Assembly (NCBI GenBank): GCA_965644265.1
Contig: OZ286460.1
Span: 92,442,001-92,506,000 of the forward strand
Source: Glycera tridactyla
Lineage: Eukaryota
Length of the DNA stretch: 64,000 nucleotides
Reading direction: 5' to 3'
In this document: in pieces, positions 23,471 through 35,885 of the stretch
Numbering within the stretch: the stretch's first letter is position 1
Layout of the letters: the number at the start of each line of letters is the position of its first letter
Notes under the pieces: generated by a model
Databases searched by the model: none
What the model saw: the letters and a program-made list of their open reading frames with translations, nothing else
What the model was told of the DNA's origin: nothing
Made by a program: the position numbers and the translations under genes

Positions 23471-24283
23471 TTATTTGACTCTAACAAGGTAGATCCCAGG
23501 TCTGCGTTCTTCCCATTCACACATGCGTCCTGTCATACCTCTCACATCTGTCTTCATGCTCTTATATAGATTCATCCAGATATGAGTGAATTCATAACTC
23601 GGGGCAAAATAGTTATACTGAATTGTTCGCAAATTGAATACTGATTGGATTGGCGCCGAATGCCCACTGATGATGCCATTCTATCCAAGTGCATTTAATC
23701 TTTTTGCCAATTTCCATATAACTCCATTCTCACACATTTCAGATACTCCGGCAGACTGTTGTACTTATTCTGCTGGCTGGGTTGCATGCATAATGAATGT
23801 CGGACAGAAGAGTCTTATGGTGGTTTGGGAGCTTGACAGTATTCCTTCGATCATTAATGATGCTTCATGCAAAAACAAGGCTGGTCGATTATTTATGGAG
23901 GAGAGGTGAGCCCATGTGAGAAGAATGCCAATGAGATTCTTATTACATTGAACAGCACACTGGATGGGAAAGGCTTGTTGCATTGATCGCAGCTTGTAAT
24001 AAGAAAAAGTCCCCCTGACTATCTTTGCAACAATGTCCAAATCATGATTGAAGACTGCAGCTGTAACCAGTCAAAATTTATTTTTAGATCGAAGCATGTG
24101 TGTCACTACTTCATCCAACCAAGCTTCCATGTTGATAGTCAACTTTCTGAATTCGGAAACTGTGACCTTGTGTGGAAATGGAATACATTTAGTGGACAAG
24201 ACTAGGATTGTTGGTAGAGGAAAAGCTTCATGGAAGGATTGTCGAAAGTTGTATGTGGGCGATCTCGGACACGTGGGCGATTG
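23471..24283 (-). pseudogene. Decayed coding frame of unknown protein, weakly ankyrin-like
   Basis: One frame of about 270 codons with only 3 internal stops. Segments LVTAAVFNHDLDIVAKIV, FPIQCAVQCNKNLIGILLTW and ALFLHEAS resemble ankyrin helices. Confidence 0.4.
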
Positions 24284-24506
24284 TCAATTAAATTCTAATC
24301 ACGCCTGCTGGCCACAAGACAATTAATGGCTCTCATAGAAAAGTTGACCAACTCCTCCGACCCCCTCAGGGGATTACATGGCACTGTGAAGATTGTTTCC
24401 TTCAACAAGGGAGAAGCTCAGCTAATTGGGGGCAGATGCTTTCCGTTGTGGATGTTGAACATGAGTATCATTCCAGAATATTGCCCAATATGGGCATTCA
24501 TCCCAC

Positions 24507-24682
24507 TGGACTGACTGTCTATAAAGACTGCCTTCGGTCGCATCCAAAAGCGGTCCTCATGGGCAGGTGGTCTTTATAGAGAGGTCATTTACTGTTGAAA
24601 ATACTACCACGGTCGCAGCTCAGGTGGTCTTTATAGAGAGGTGGTCTTTATAGAGAGGTAGTCTTTACAGCAGGTTCGACTT
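24507..24682 (-). mobile_element. About 176-bp MITE, subfamily B, degraded left end
   Basis: Matches the reverse complement of 40671-40846 over nearly its full length. Confidence 0.85.
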
Positions 24683-25121
24683 TATGTACATTGTATCAGG
24701 ATATAAGTGCAAGAGGTCATGGAGCAGAGGTTTCAATATCAAGTTAGACCTTGTTCTGGAAGCTTGATAGTAATTGACTTATCAGTTGTAAATCACCCTT
24801 ATTTGTTGCCTGTATAAATGAAGCTTTGTCAATTGTCTGATGTCTCCATCTTGCTGATATATCCATGATGACCATGAGCTGAATGATATTCATGTACATA
24901 GAAATTTTCCTCTGAGATGAAAGTTGCATCTATCCCCTAGAGTGTTATCAGAAAACCTGAATGTGATCCCCCAACCCCACTCCCAAGAGCTCAGATATAC
25001 CATGCTGAGCACAGGGTTAATCATACTAACCATGGGGTTTCTTACCTCATCTATCATGCTATGTTATCATGAATTCTGTGTTTGGGTAAGTCCAATTCAG
25101 GACAACGGGAGAAGTTAGATA

Positions 25122-25365
25122 TTGAGCGGTACTTGTACCATCCCAATGGTTAGCAAAAAGGCACCTGCTTTTGTACGCAATCAGCGTTATGCTAGCCTTG
25201 GAATCCTTGGACCCAAGCTGTTCAACATGATACCAGCTAACATCAGGAATCTAACAAACTGCAGTATCGACCAGCTGAAAAGGGAAGTGGACAGGTTTCT
25301 GGCAACAGTACCTGATGAGCCCCAGCTACAAGGATACACAGTACAGCATAGAGCAGCTTGCTGGA
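25122..25365 (+). mobile_element. 3'-terminal ORF2 fragment of a CR1-type LINE
   Basis: SLGILGPKLFNMIPANIRNLTNCSIDQLKREVDRFLATVPDEPQLQGY is a typical CR1-group ORF2 C-terminus. Confidence 0.8.
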
Positions 25366-27008
25366 CATGGTATCCCTAAGAAGATCCCTACCTAGTTCTG
25401 TGTGGGAAAGGGCAGATGCGAATGCAGTTACCACTAGTGGCGGCCATCCATCGTCACCATAGGATTGATCCTTGAAACCATCACAAGTATCACAATTTAG
25501 CATGTCCATCATTGGATGATTCACCATAATTCACACATGTATCGATCTTCTGTTTTTAGGTGAGGGATTCTTGCATGAATCCACAGTAGGATTGACCGTG
25601 AGTTCAGAATTTCCTCAATATATTGAAGTAGTTATTATTCCGTGGATCAGCAGATCAATGAGTTTTCATTATCCACTATATATGGTAAGGATGAACCATT
25701 TATGATGATTATTCCAGATTTTAGCTCATACCATGTCCTCTCTAATTAGTGCCTGGGCACTTGCTAATTAATGAAGGGAAGGGGGTGGTTATTTGTCCAA
25801 GATGTAAAAAATCACGAATGGGTCATAATGTTATAATTTAGCAAACATAATGAAGGTAATCAGAGAAATAACACAAAAAAATGTTTGATGAATGTATTCT
25901 TCAAGTTCTATTTGTGTTGTATAGGACAAAAACCTATGAAAATATTATGAATATTTGCTGTATGCAGGTCAAATGAACAGTGGTGCCTGTATAATCACTT
26001 TCTACTCTGTCTCACTTTGACATGTGGATGGCGCGATAATTGACCAGAGATAGCAAACTCACAGTGAAAATGATTGTATGTTCAGATTCCTTGGCATTCA
26101 ATCATGTAGATTCCATGCATAGATCTCGAAAATCTATCCAATATTCACTGAAAATATCATGTGAGTCTGAAGGAGGAATTAGTAATATGTAATTTTTACT
26201 CATCATCATTGAACATGTCAGATGACATGATCATGACTATGACATGATCATGACTGTGAGAGATGACAGAATTCCCTGAAGTGAAGAGATTCATCTTTGA
26301 TTATTTGACAATGAGTGTGAGGGGGATCAGCCAATATTGACAACTGATGTGATGATAAAAAGCATTCATCTTTCATCTCACCCAAAGGACTTGGTACATT
26401 TCTAACTTTGTTTAGCCGCATCTCACGTACACGTACAACGCTGAATCAGAATGTCATCTTCTCCCACAGTTGTTGATAATTGACTCTGGAGCGGGGGAAG
26501 TAGGTAGGCGATAGATTTATAAATGGAGTGACACTGGGAGTAGTGCCATCAGCTGCCAAATGTATGTAGGACACACCTTGTGTGAGGCCGGAGTTTTCTC
26601 ATGCAAGATGGGCTACTCTTGTCGCATGGCAATAGATCTGTCAAGATTTTGACAAGTTTGTGGCGGAGCTTGAGGGCCAGCAAGTTCTGTACATTCATGA
26701 CTATTCAACCTCACAGTGGCTGGAGTGGCAAATGGTGCTCGCCATATGCATGTTTATCCTCGCCCATCTGCTGTGTTGATGTGATGAAGCAAAAACCCTT
26801 GATCTTCTAATGAAGATACTATACATCTCATGTAACATGTGAATTTTCAAGCACCAACCAGCATTGGTGGCAATAATTGGGACTTTTATGTTGCTTTGAT
26901 GAGCATATCATTCGGCTTCATGTGTGTGTTTTTTTTTTAACAAATGCAACTAGGTAGTCACATAGCTCATCAGGATGCTTGATCAATCCTCAAAGATAAA
27001 GCAGTGTA

Positions 27009-27164
27009 CAGTCTATAAATAGGAAGATGGCCTTTTTTTGATGAAGTGGTCTTTGTTGAGAGGTCATTTACTGTTGAAAATACTACCATGGTAGCAACTT
27101 GGGGTGGCCTGTATATAGGGGGGTGGTCTTGATAGAGAAGTGGTCTGCAGAGGAGGTTTGACTG
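27009..27164 (-). mobile_element. Subfamily-B MITE (internally deleted)
   Basis: catttactgttgaaaatactaccatggt core; ends aggtttgactg-TA. Confidence 0.8.
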
Positions 27165-27166
27165 TA

Positions 27167-27342
27167 CAGTCTATCCTGTGACGAGAGACCGCCCTGAATG
27201 TCACCAAAAAGCAGTCTCTCAAAAGAGGTGGTCTCTCGTCGGAGGTATATTTGACTATGACAAGTAGGAAAGCTCACTGGAAAAGCGGTCTCCCGTCGGA
27301 GGTGGTCTCTCATCGGGGGGTCTCTCATCGCAGGTTTCACTG
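27167..27342 (-). mobile_element. 176-bp subfamily-A MITE sharing one TA (27165-66) with the adjacent subfamily-B copy
   Basis: ...actg TA cagt... junction; right end caggtttcactg-TA. Confidence 0.88.
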
Positions 27343-29988
27343 TATATCTGTGGGCTGCGCTATTGTGTCCTCATTTAGGATCTTTTCGAACCTGCCCATA
27401 AGGACCACCTTCAGTTGCGAACCTGCACATAAGGACCACCCTCAGTTGCACTGGAAAGTGATCTATGTACATTTCGAGAGGTGGAACTTATTGCAGGATT
27501 GTTACCTGTTGAAAACACTCATGCAATCTCCACTCAGATTAGTTTTTTGTAGGCGGGTGGTCCTTATAGTCTGTCAAATCAAATCGTGGCGGGTACTTTT
27601 CAACCCTAGCATCCCTAATTTGCATCAGATTTAAACGAAACACACTGACAGACATTGTTGACATCTCTGATGACTAGAAATGTCATCATGGCTGAGCACC
27701 CTTGTATATTTCACCTTAGAATGCCAAATATCTCGTTTTCACATTGGTTTTGATGCAACTGTATCTCCACTGTTTCGCATACAAATATTTGCCCATAATG
27801 GCGATGGATTAACAAAAAAACGACAATGAAATGATGTGGCATCCTCTTGAAAAGCAATTATGATAACCAAAAGAAGGTTCAATAATTGACAGAAGACCTT
27901 CGCAGTACATTCTGGCCATTAAAACTCAGAACAGGCAAGAAATGGCAAATTTATCATATGAATCATATGTCAAAGATGGTTTACGGGCGTGTTCATGACG
28001 AGCAAGGATTGTAGAGTAGTCACCCAGACAGTCGATACCCGGGCTAGTAAATGTACTTATGATCCCCTAGTAGCACCTAGTAGACACATCTCAGACACAT
28101 AAGAGCGGGGGATTGCTCACAGGATCGACTCTTCATAGGCTGGAGCTGGATCACCTAGGCTCACTTTTGTTCACCCAGGCTCACCAACATGAATGACCAA
28201 CGATGTTGTCCAGGTTAAATGAAGTCCTTTATTCCTTCCCTCTTCCAACAGGTACAAGAATGCAGTGGGAAGGACTGAGAAGCTGAAGTTCGTCCTATCT
28301 CGGCAGCGACCGTCCTCGTAGGCTCCCAGAAGATCTTCTCTGCTTCTCATTCCATCCCTCACAGTTATATAATCTTGAGATAGAATGGAATGCTTCACCT
28401 CGAGTGCTTGCCCAGCCTTCTAAGGAGCTGCAAAGGCTCATTCCTAGAAATGAGGCCTATGTGACCCGGTTTTGACACAGTGTGACCCGATTTCCCTTAG
28501 TAACCACATCTTCCTTAGCAACCAGGGCCTTATAAGTCTTGCCCTGGTGTCGATTGTGAAACCAGGTCACATTCTCTGATGTCAATAGTGAAACCAGGTC
28601 ACTTCCGTGCCCTGCACCAGCATATATAATGGCAACCAAGATGGCTGCCAACACCAAGGCAGAACGAGCCTATGCAAGCTGGCCTGGATTCATGGTTATT
28701 CTTAGGTACTAAAAATATGTGGCCAGCCTACCAACCTTCAGCATCAGCAGCCTGCCTGGTGGAAGAATACCACTGCTCGCAGCAGCCTTTCTGACCTACT
28801 TCAAAACATGTCTGCATTGTCTGGCTAAAACTCTGCCATTTTCTGACAATGGTGTCTGACCTGAATAAAATCGCTGATACATACCTGCAACATTTGGATT
28901 TGACAGAGTTTATCTGATGTGGGGGCATTCACAATATCAATCAGTATATCAAGCATTTTATATGCAAAGACAACGATGAGTATGAAATATTTGTACGAGC
29001 AGAAATACAATGATGTTAGATTATCCCACGCAGTATATATTCAACTTTCATATGTATGTGTGTATGCACCAATGTGCATACATATATTATGGCTCATTTT
29101 GACCATGTCATAGTAGTAGACCATTATTACACTGTTACTTTTCAAAGTTGTTTGAATGATATGATTCTCTTCATAACTGGTAAACCAACAAATGTCACAG
29201 AGCTTTGGGGACCTCACAAATCATGAAATCTGCCTTCTTCTCGCTGCTGGATACCAGTGGTTTAGACATGCTGAAAAACAAGATCTGACACTGATTTATT
29301 ATCATTTTGATCATATACTTATCCTAGCGACAAAGACACCTCTGACACCTCGAAAAATGCTATTTTCATTGCACTGCAATGATGCTTGTTTGTATTTTTC
29401 TTGATGGTAATGGATGAGTGTTTGTGATCACGTTGGTGTAGAAATTGTTTGTACACATGAATCAGATGAATGTTATGAATATATCTGTATAGAGCTTTCT
29501 AGTACATCAAACCCATATCATCATGTGACTTTTTCAGATTGTGAGAGTGATGTCTGCAGAGAAAAGAGCATGCATCCTTCTTAGATCAGAAACGCAATGA
29601 GGTTTCAAGCAATCAATCATGTACTCTATTGGGACCATATCAGTCACATCACACCTCCTTCTCAAAACAGAAATGTTTTCCTAAGTTATTCACCTTTATT
29701 CCGCATCCCACACCTTCAAGATGACCTACTTCATGATAACCTACTTCTCAGGCTATCAGATGTGCAAGCCCCTAGCGAACTATCTTACAAAATATAGTAT
29801 AACACACAATATCTTTTATACCCGCAGAGAAGGAAGACCCATATTATTCTATCTTTATATTAATGACTAGACTTGAAACGGTACACAGGTAGCAGCAGCA
29901 AAGCATGCCTCGGTATGATAGCCTGAATATCCATCTGTTTTTCAGCCTTGTAGTAATGCTGTATTTGCATGTATAAATAGAGTATCAT

Positions 29989-30024
29989 CATTGTCATTGT
30001 CATTGTCATTGTCATTGTCATTGT
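29989..30024. repeat. (CATTGT)6 microsatellite, possibly a LINE 3' tail
   Basis: Same unit as the LINE tail at 53752-53795. Confidence 0.85.
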
Positions 30025-31304
30025 CAACATCATAAGCTCCAAGGTGGCATGTAGGGGCTGTCATCTAATTCTTTCCGTATTGGTGTCACACAGTTTTTTA
30101 CCTGTACTCTGTATTGTGTGTGTTGATTTAGCATTGATATGAGGCAAGTAGGCTGTGTGAGTGTACATCATACTTAGCATGGATCATGTAGTCAGCATAG
30201 TAAATGCAATGTACACATACAGTTCGTCAAGTGAATCTTGGTGCTAACATTGTCATTCCCTGTTTTTGTCTAATTCAAAAATATCATTTCTGATTTTCTT
30301 CCAATAAAAGCTAAAAGCCTCTCCAGTACTTGGGCTGATGGAGACAATATTATTGGCTCTCTATCTGTACAGTTAAACCATTATATTCAGATCAAGACAG
30401 ATGGTAATAGAGAGACAGAGGAACAGATACTGTATATTGCTGAATACACACACAGTACCTGAAGGTATGGACAGGCAAGTGCAGTGTCCATCCATTCGAA
30501 CTGAATTTGAAGGAAAATCGATCACGAAATACACAATTATCTGGCTTTGATCCTTGTTTTCAGTGGTTGATACCATTGCAACTTGCACTGGACACTGTGA
30601 ATTGTTGGAGTGTGGAAGTGTGAATGACCTTACAAATAGCCTGGGTAGGGCATGAATTGGCTTCTCCGCTTGATTCTCTGAGATTTGATAATTCACTCAT
30701 AGCCAAATCACTCATCGAAGATTGCATCCTTTTGTTTTTTTGGCATTGACATGTTTGTCCATTGGTCATTGCTGGTGCTGTTGATGAGTTGAAATAGGCG
30801 TGTGCGTCTATTTGGGTATTGGCATATATACAGCAATATACGGTAGGAAGAGGGAGGAGTGAAGAAGGAGGAGAGACACAGCAAGAAAAGAGAAAGAGGA
30901 AGGGAGGCAGACATTCTGTGAATAATTAGGGCATGGTAGTTCAATATTGGTGTATTGATGGTGGTGGCCACCCAACACTTCAATGGTCTTTCATTCGCTT
31001 TGATCTTCCCATTACATAGAGACTTTCATGAATGCTGCAAGAAAAACAACACTTTCTTTGCCAAATGGGTTGGACTCATTGAGAGATTGATCTTTTAACT
31101 CTGTCATTTGTTGTTGTTCTCGTTATGGCCATTATTATTATTTGATTATCATGAAATAAAAATATCAGAGAAGTAAATCACATCATGAATGAGTGTAATG
31201 TTCTTAATGCTGTTGGAGAACTTTTGTCATTGACATAAGAATAATGGCTCAAGACAGAATAGTGATGACTTGGATTGTTCTTGTCCTGTGAAGGTTTGAA
31301 TGTA

Positions 31305-32630
31305 CAGTGAAACCTGCGACGAGAGACCCCCTGGCGCTAGACCATCTCCAACTAGGCCCTGAACGATTTACCACGGATACGAATCGATACGTATCGCGAT
31401 ACGCTGCTCACGATACGATATCTTGACGATATATCTCAAGTATTTTGCAAAAACATCAAGAAATTAGCGTCTCTTTCCTGGCACCCCGCACTCATAATGA
31501 TAGTCAGAAACTTGCCAAATAATTCACCCAGGCAGATTGAAGGAGGCTTAAGACCATGATCAATGAGACAATGAGACATATTTAAATGATATTTGCCTGT
31601 GGCAAAACACACGGTGTGGAGTGGGTGAAAATGAGGGACTCGCTGAGAAAACAAGACCTTCGCGGCTTTGTGCTTCCTCCACGCAGTGGATGAATGTGAT
31701 ATCTGAACAAATCTCTATATCAAACGAATCACAGTAGCATTGCGCAGCATACTCTGGAAACGGTTTAGCAATATATTGTGTAGTTTTCTCATGATGGCAA
31801 GGTGAAAAAATGTAACATGACCAGAAGTGAGTGAAAAATCAAGATGGCACCTGCCGGAATAACACCACGTGCGTTTTACACTGCTTGCCTTTCAGCGCGA
31901 AACACGGCAAGAAATCTTCGTTTTAGGGCACAAATATGTACACCATTCACTTCCCAGGGCCTCGAATATGACAGATTGAATAATAAATTCCGAAAATATG
32001 ACGAATATTGCCTTAGCATCCATGGAGAAGACATGAAATCAAGTGAGAGCAGCTCCGGCCTCCATGTATAGAATGTGCGCAGAAAATCATTGCAATCATT
32101 CTCCATCATCTTTCAAACGAATTTATTTTTCACAAATTGCTACATAACATGATTGATCGCAGCAAGACTGTCCTTTCACCAGCACCAGTTTATGAAAATA
32201 TAATTGATTCAAGTTGTTATTTATGAAATAATTCTCGCAAGGGCGAGATGACAACAAGATGCGCAGAAGACGTATTTTCATTGGTTCATTCACCCTGGCT
32301 GCGCAGGTGTCGAAGCAACATGGCTGCACCCTCGAACAAATGGATTTATCACGTTTGACATGTGTTTCTTGCTGTTTTTCATCAATTAAACAATTCGAAG
32401 ATATATCGTGGAATTTTCAGGGTGTATCGTGACCAGGCTGATACGGAAAAAATAATCGATCCATGAGTGTATCGGCGAATCGTTTGAGGCCTACCTCCAA
32501 TGGGAGACCGCTTTTCAAGGGCAGCTTTTCTATTTGACATAGTCAAATATACCTTCGACGAGAGACCACCTCCTTTGAGAGACCGTTTTTTGGTGACATT
32601 TAGGGCAGTCTCTCATCACAGGTTTCACTG
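31305..32630 (+). mobile_element. Subfamily-A MITE split into 31305-31352 and 32494-32630 by a nested insertion
   Basis: TA at both outer ends. The two halves sum to 177 bp after removing the 8-bp duplication. Confidence 0.88.
31353..32493. mobile_element. 1141-bp non-autonomous hAT-type DNA transposon
   Basis: TIRs taggccctgaacgatt and taggcctcaaacgatt; 8-bp flanks tctccaac and cctccaat (6/8); subterminal gatac/cgat repeats; no transposase ORF. Confidence 0.8.
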
Positions 32631-34046
32631 TACTGACAAAGGAGTGTGTTCCTGGATAGTAATAATACATCATGGTCTTCATCCGAGTTGTATACATTAT
32701 CTGACACAAAGTCAGGCTGATTAATCTTTGTATTCGTCTTCCTTCCATCGGATAGTGTTGGAAGGAAATTTGCATGAATATAATGCATATTCACGGCATG
32801 AGGAATGTGTCTAATGCATCTCGTACTTTGACACACTAGGGTGATGTGTTCCAAAAGGAGCTTTGACGCTCTAAGGTGTTCTATGCAGTGAGAAGTGTAG
32901 TCACAGAGCAGCTGAGGGTTGATGGAGTAAGTACTGTATGTCCCAGACAGCCATTAGGCTGAGTAAGCTGTTACCCATCTTGATCAGCCATGTCTGGGGT
33001 TTCCCTCCACTTCTGTGTATATATACATCAGCCAAGTCTGGGGTTTTCCTCCACTTTTGTGTATATACATGAATATACCCATGGTTGAGTGTCGTGGAAC
33101 TGAGCTACCCATCTGTCTGTCCATCCATGTCTCTCAACAATAACATGCTTGATACCTTGGAATATGAAATTTGGTCCACAAATTAACCTTGGGCCAGGCA
33201 GATACCTCTTGGGTTTGAGATGTTTATCTTGTATAAATTGTAGGTTGCTGGCTGACGAAAGTTCGGAAAATATCAAACCAGAAGGTTTGAGTAGTTTCGA
33301 GCTTACCATCTTCACATACTAGGTCAACAGTTGTAAAAAATGTTTTAGAGCAAAAGTTATAGAACAAAAGACCATGACTTTGGCACATGAACTAAGTTCA
33401 GGTCAGCAAAGGTGCCAGCGAAATTCTTGCTGATGACTTTAAATTTCAAAGTGACCAATTTCAAAATTATTGAAAGCTCTTGGAACAAACAGGATGTGAT
33501 GCATATTTGATACAAGAGCTGGTATTGGCAGGCGGATGGTCGGTGCACCTCAAGAGCGCTGTGCTCTACCGCCCACCTCACGATACCAAGTGTCATTCTA
33601 TTTTTACTACGGGATAACCATTTGAATGATGGATATACGATTATTCAGTAAAATTGAACAATTTTGGAATTTAATAACATCCCAATCAGTGCTGTGTTGA
33701 TGTCTATCTAGCCGGTCCACCATGTCAATCATCAAAAGTATAGATATAATGCAATGTATTTCTTCACTGAAACTGGTAAGCGAGCTGAAAATATTAGGGT
33801 CAATAAGGGAAATGAATAAATGAAGACATGGGCTTGCTGGTCAGGGCCTAATACTGTAATCAGCCTTAATGTGTTACCACGACTTTGCTTCTTGTCAACT
33901 TGTTAGCATAATGCAATGACTTGCCACACCAGCATGGTTTCTCTCTGGATGGTAAACTTGATGTGTAACCGCAGCGCACTGCCGCTCTCCATCTTTTCTC
34001 ATAGACAGCTGGTGAAGGCTATGTAGATGAATGAGGGTGACACCTG

Positions 34047-34189
34047 CAGTTTAACCTGTCCTTGGCAGCCACTGTACTGAGCAGCCACTTCTGAATTTCC
34101 CATCGGGCATTTTCCCACTATAATTAACCTGCTCTTAGCAGCCACTTTTTACCTTCCCGAAGGGTGGCTGCTTAGGACAGGTTGGACTG
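34047..34189 (-). mobile_element. Subfamily-C MITE, internally deleted (143 bp)
   Basis: Reverse-complement match to 37418-37594; gcagccac repeats. Confidence 0.82.
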
Positions 34190-34524
34190 TATATGATTGT
34201 GTCGGCGATTGTGAGCATTCTCATCATTTATGATTGGGTATGCACAGCTGGCCAATGATCGTTTGCAATCATTCATGCAATTTTTTCTCCTAGAGAAGCC
34301 TAAACTCATGAGTGTGATGCCTAAATTCTTCAACTTTCACCAACTGAGTTACTCAGATAAGTGAAATGCCTAGGTCATCCTTTCAAAGAAAGATGATGCT
34401 AAATGATTTAGCTGTTGCTGATCAGTAAGGTTAAATGCTAAATAAAAATTCAATTTGCTAGAATGATTCACTAAAGTAATTTTCATTTCTGGTGACACAA
34501 AACTGGTGGTGATGGTTTATAGTA

Positions 34525-34699
34525 CAGTCGAACCTCTCTATAAAGACGGCTTTCGGACGCATCAGTGGCCTTCATAGTGATGTGGTCTTTATAGAGAAGT
34601 CATTTACTGTTAAAAATACTACCACAGTCGCTGCTCAGGGTGGTATTTATAGGGAGGTGGTCTTTATAGAGAGGCGGTCTTCAGAGGAGGTTTCGACTG
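34525..34699 (-). mobile_element. 175-bp subfamily-B MITE
   Basis: TA-cagtcgaacctct ... tttcgactg-TA; ggtctttatagagag repeats. Confidence 0.88.
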
Positions 34700-35221
34700 T
34701 ACTTTCTTTTGTTTAGGTGAAGAAATGAAACAGAAAATGATTCGGCATGAGAATGGCATGACATTTTCACTTTGGTGAATTGATTCAATGAGATGCTTTC
34801 TGATCTCTACAGATTGCTTTATAAATTGTTAATTTTTCTTTCATTTCGTTAAACTCATTCACTGCAGGGCTTTTCATCCTGGGGGGAACCCAGTAATGTG
34901 AGCCTTACCATATGACCTGCTCAATAGAACAGCGATTTGTCTCTCCAAATTATATCATAAATAAAAAAAGGTTGTGATCATTGTCTTCTCAAAAGTAGGC
35001 AGAACTGGATGATTCAGGTCAAGTTAAAGGAGCAGTGTCTGAAAATGGTCTCTCAAGACATGTGGTCTCAGCATGAGGTGTTTCATTGCATCTTCCATTG
35101 ATGTTACCAGATCTGCGGTGGTCAGAAGTCTGAAGTCTCAACAAGTGATGCTGATATGATAAATACATTTTTTTGCAGGCACATTCCTATTTGAGGGTTT
35201 TTCGTCTTCGAGAGCCATGGA

Positions 35222-35885
35222 TTGTAATACCCCCTTAACGGAGTAAGGGGGATATACTGGAATCATCCCATCCGTCTGTTATTGATTTCATATTACACAT
35301 ACACATCACCCATATAGAGATGAGTAACCCTATTGTTTTTGGTGTCACTAAGTCAAAGGTCAAGGTCAATAGAGGTCATTTCACCGGAAATCACATTTTA
35401 TGCTCCTCAATTTTTGAGAATTGCTTTTAGTATGTGAATAGTGTGTCACAATCCATTTCACATATGTTCCGGGTTTCATGATGCAATTGTTACTTTTGGC
35501 AGTCATGGGGCTCAGTCATGGGGCTGAATGACAAGGTCACTGATACAACCCATGTAAGTACAAGCTGACTGTGTGTAGGCAGAATGGTTTCCGGATGATG
35601 TCTCAAGTTTGCCTTGCCTTATCGATTTCATATCACAGGGACACATTACCCATACTAATTGAAACAGCCCTATCGATATTGGCATTACTAGGTCAAAGGT
35701 CAAGGTCACAGGAGGTCATTCCATTGGAAATTACATTTTTGGCTTCTCTGACCTTAATTCTTTAGCAATTACTTTCATTTTTGGTATGTGAACAGTGTGC
35801 GATTGTTACTTTTGGCTCATGAGGCTGAATGTCAAGGTCAGTGGCACAATTTGCCTTCATTGATAGCGGCAAAGGGGGGATATAA
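35222..35885 (+). mobile_element. Helentron/HINE (DINE-1-like) non-autonomous element with about 340-350-bp internal tandem unit
   Basis: 5' hairpin ccccctta-acggag-taaggggg (35230-35251), short ccgtctgt microsatellite seed, duplicated ggtcaaaggtcaaggtca units, and 3' hairpin tttgcc...ggcaaa followed by ggggggatata. No TSD. Confidence 0.6.
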
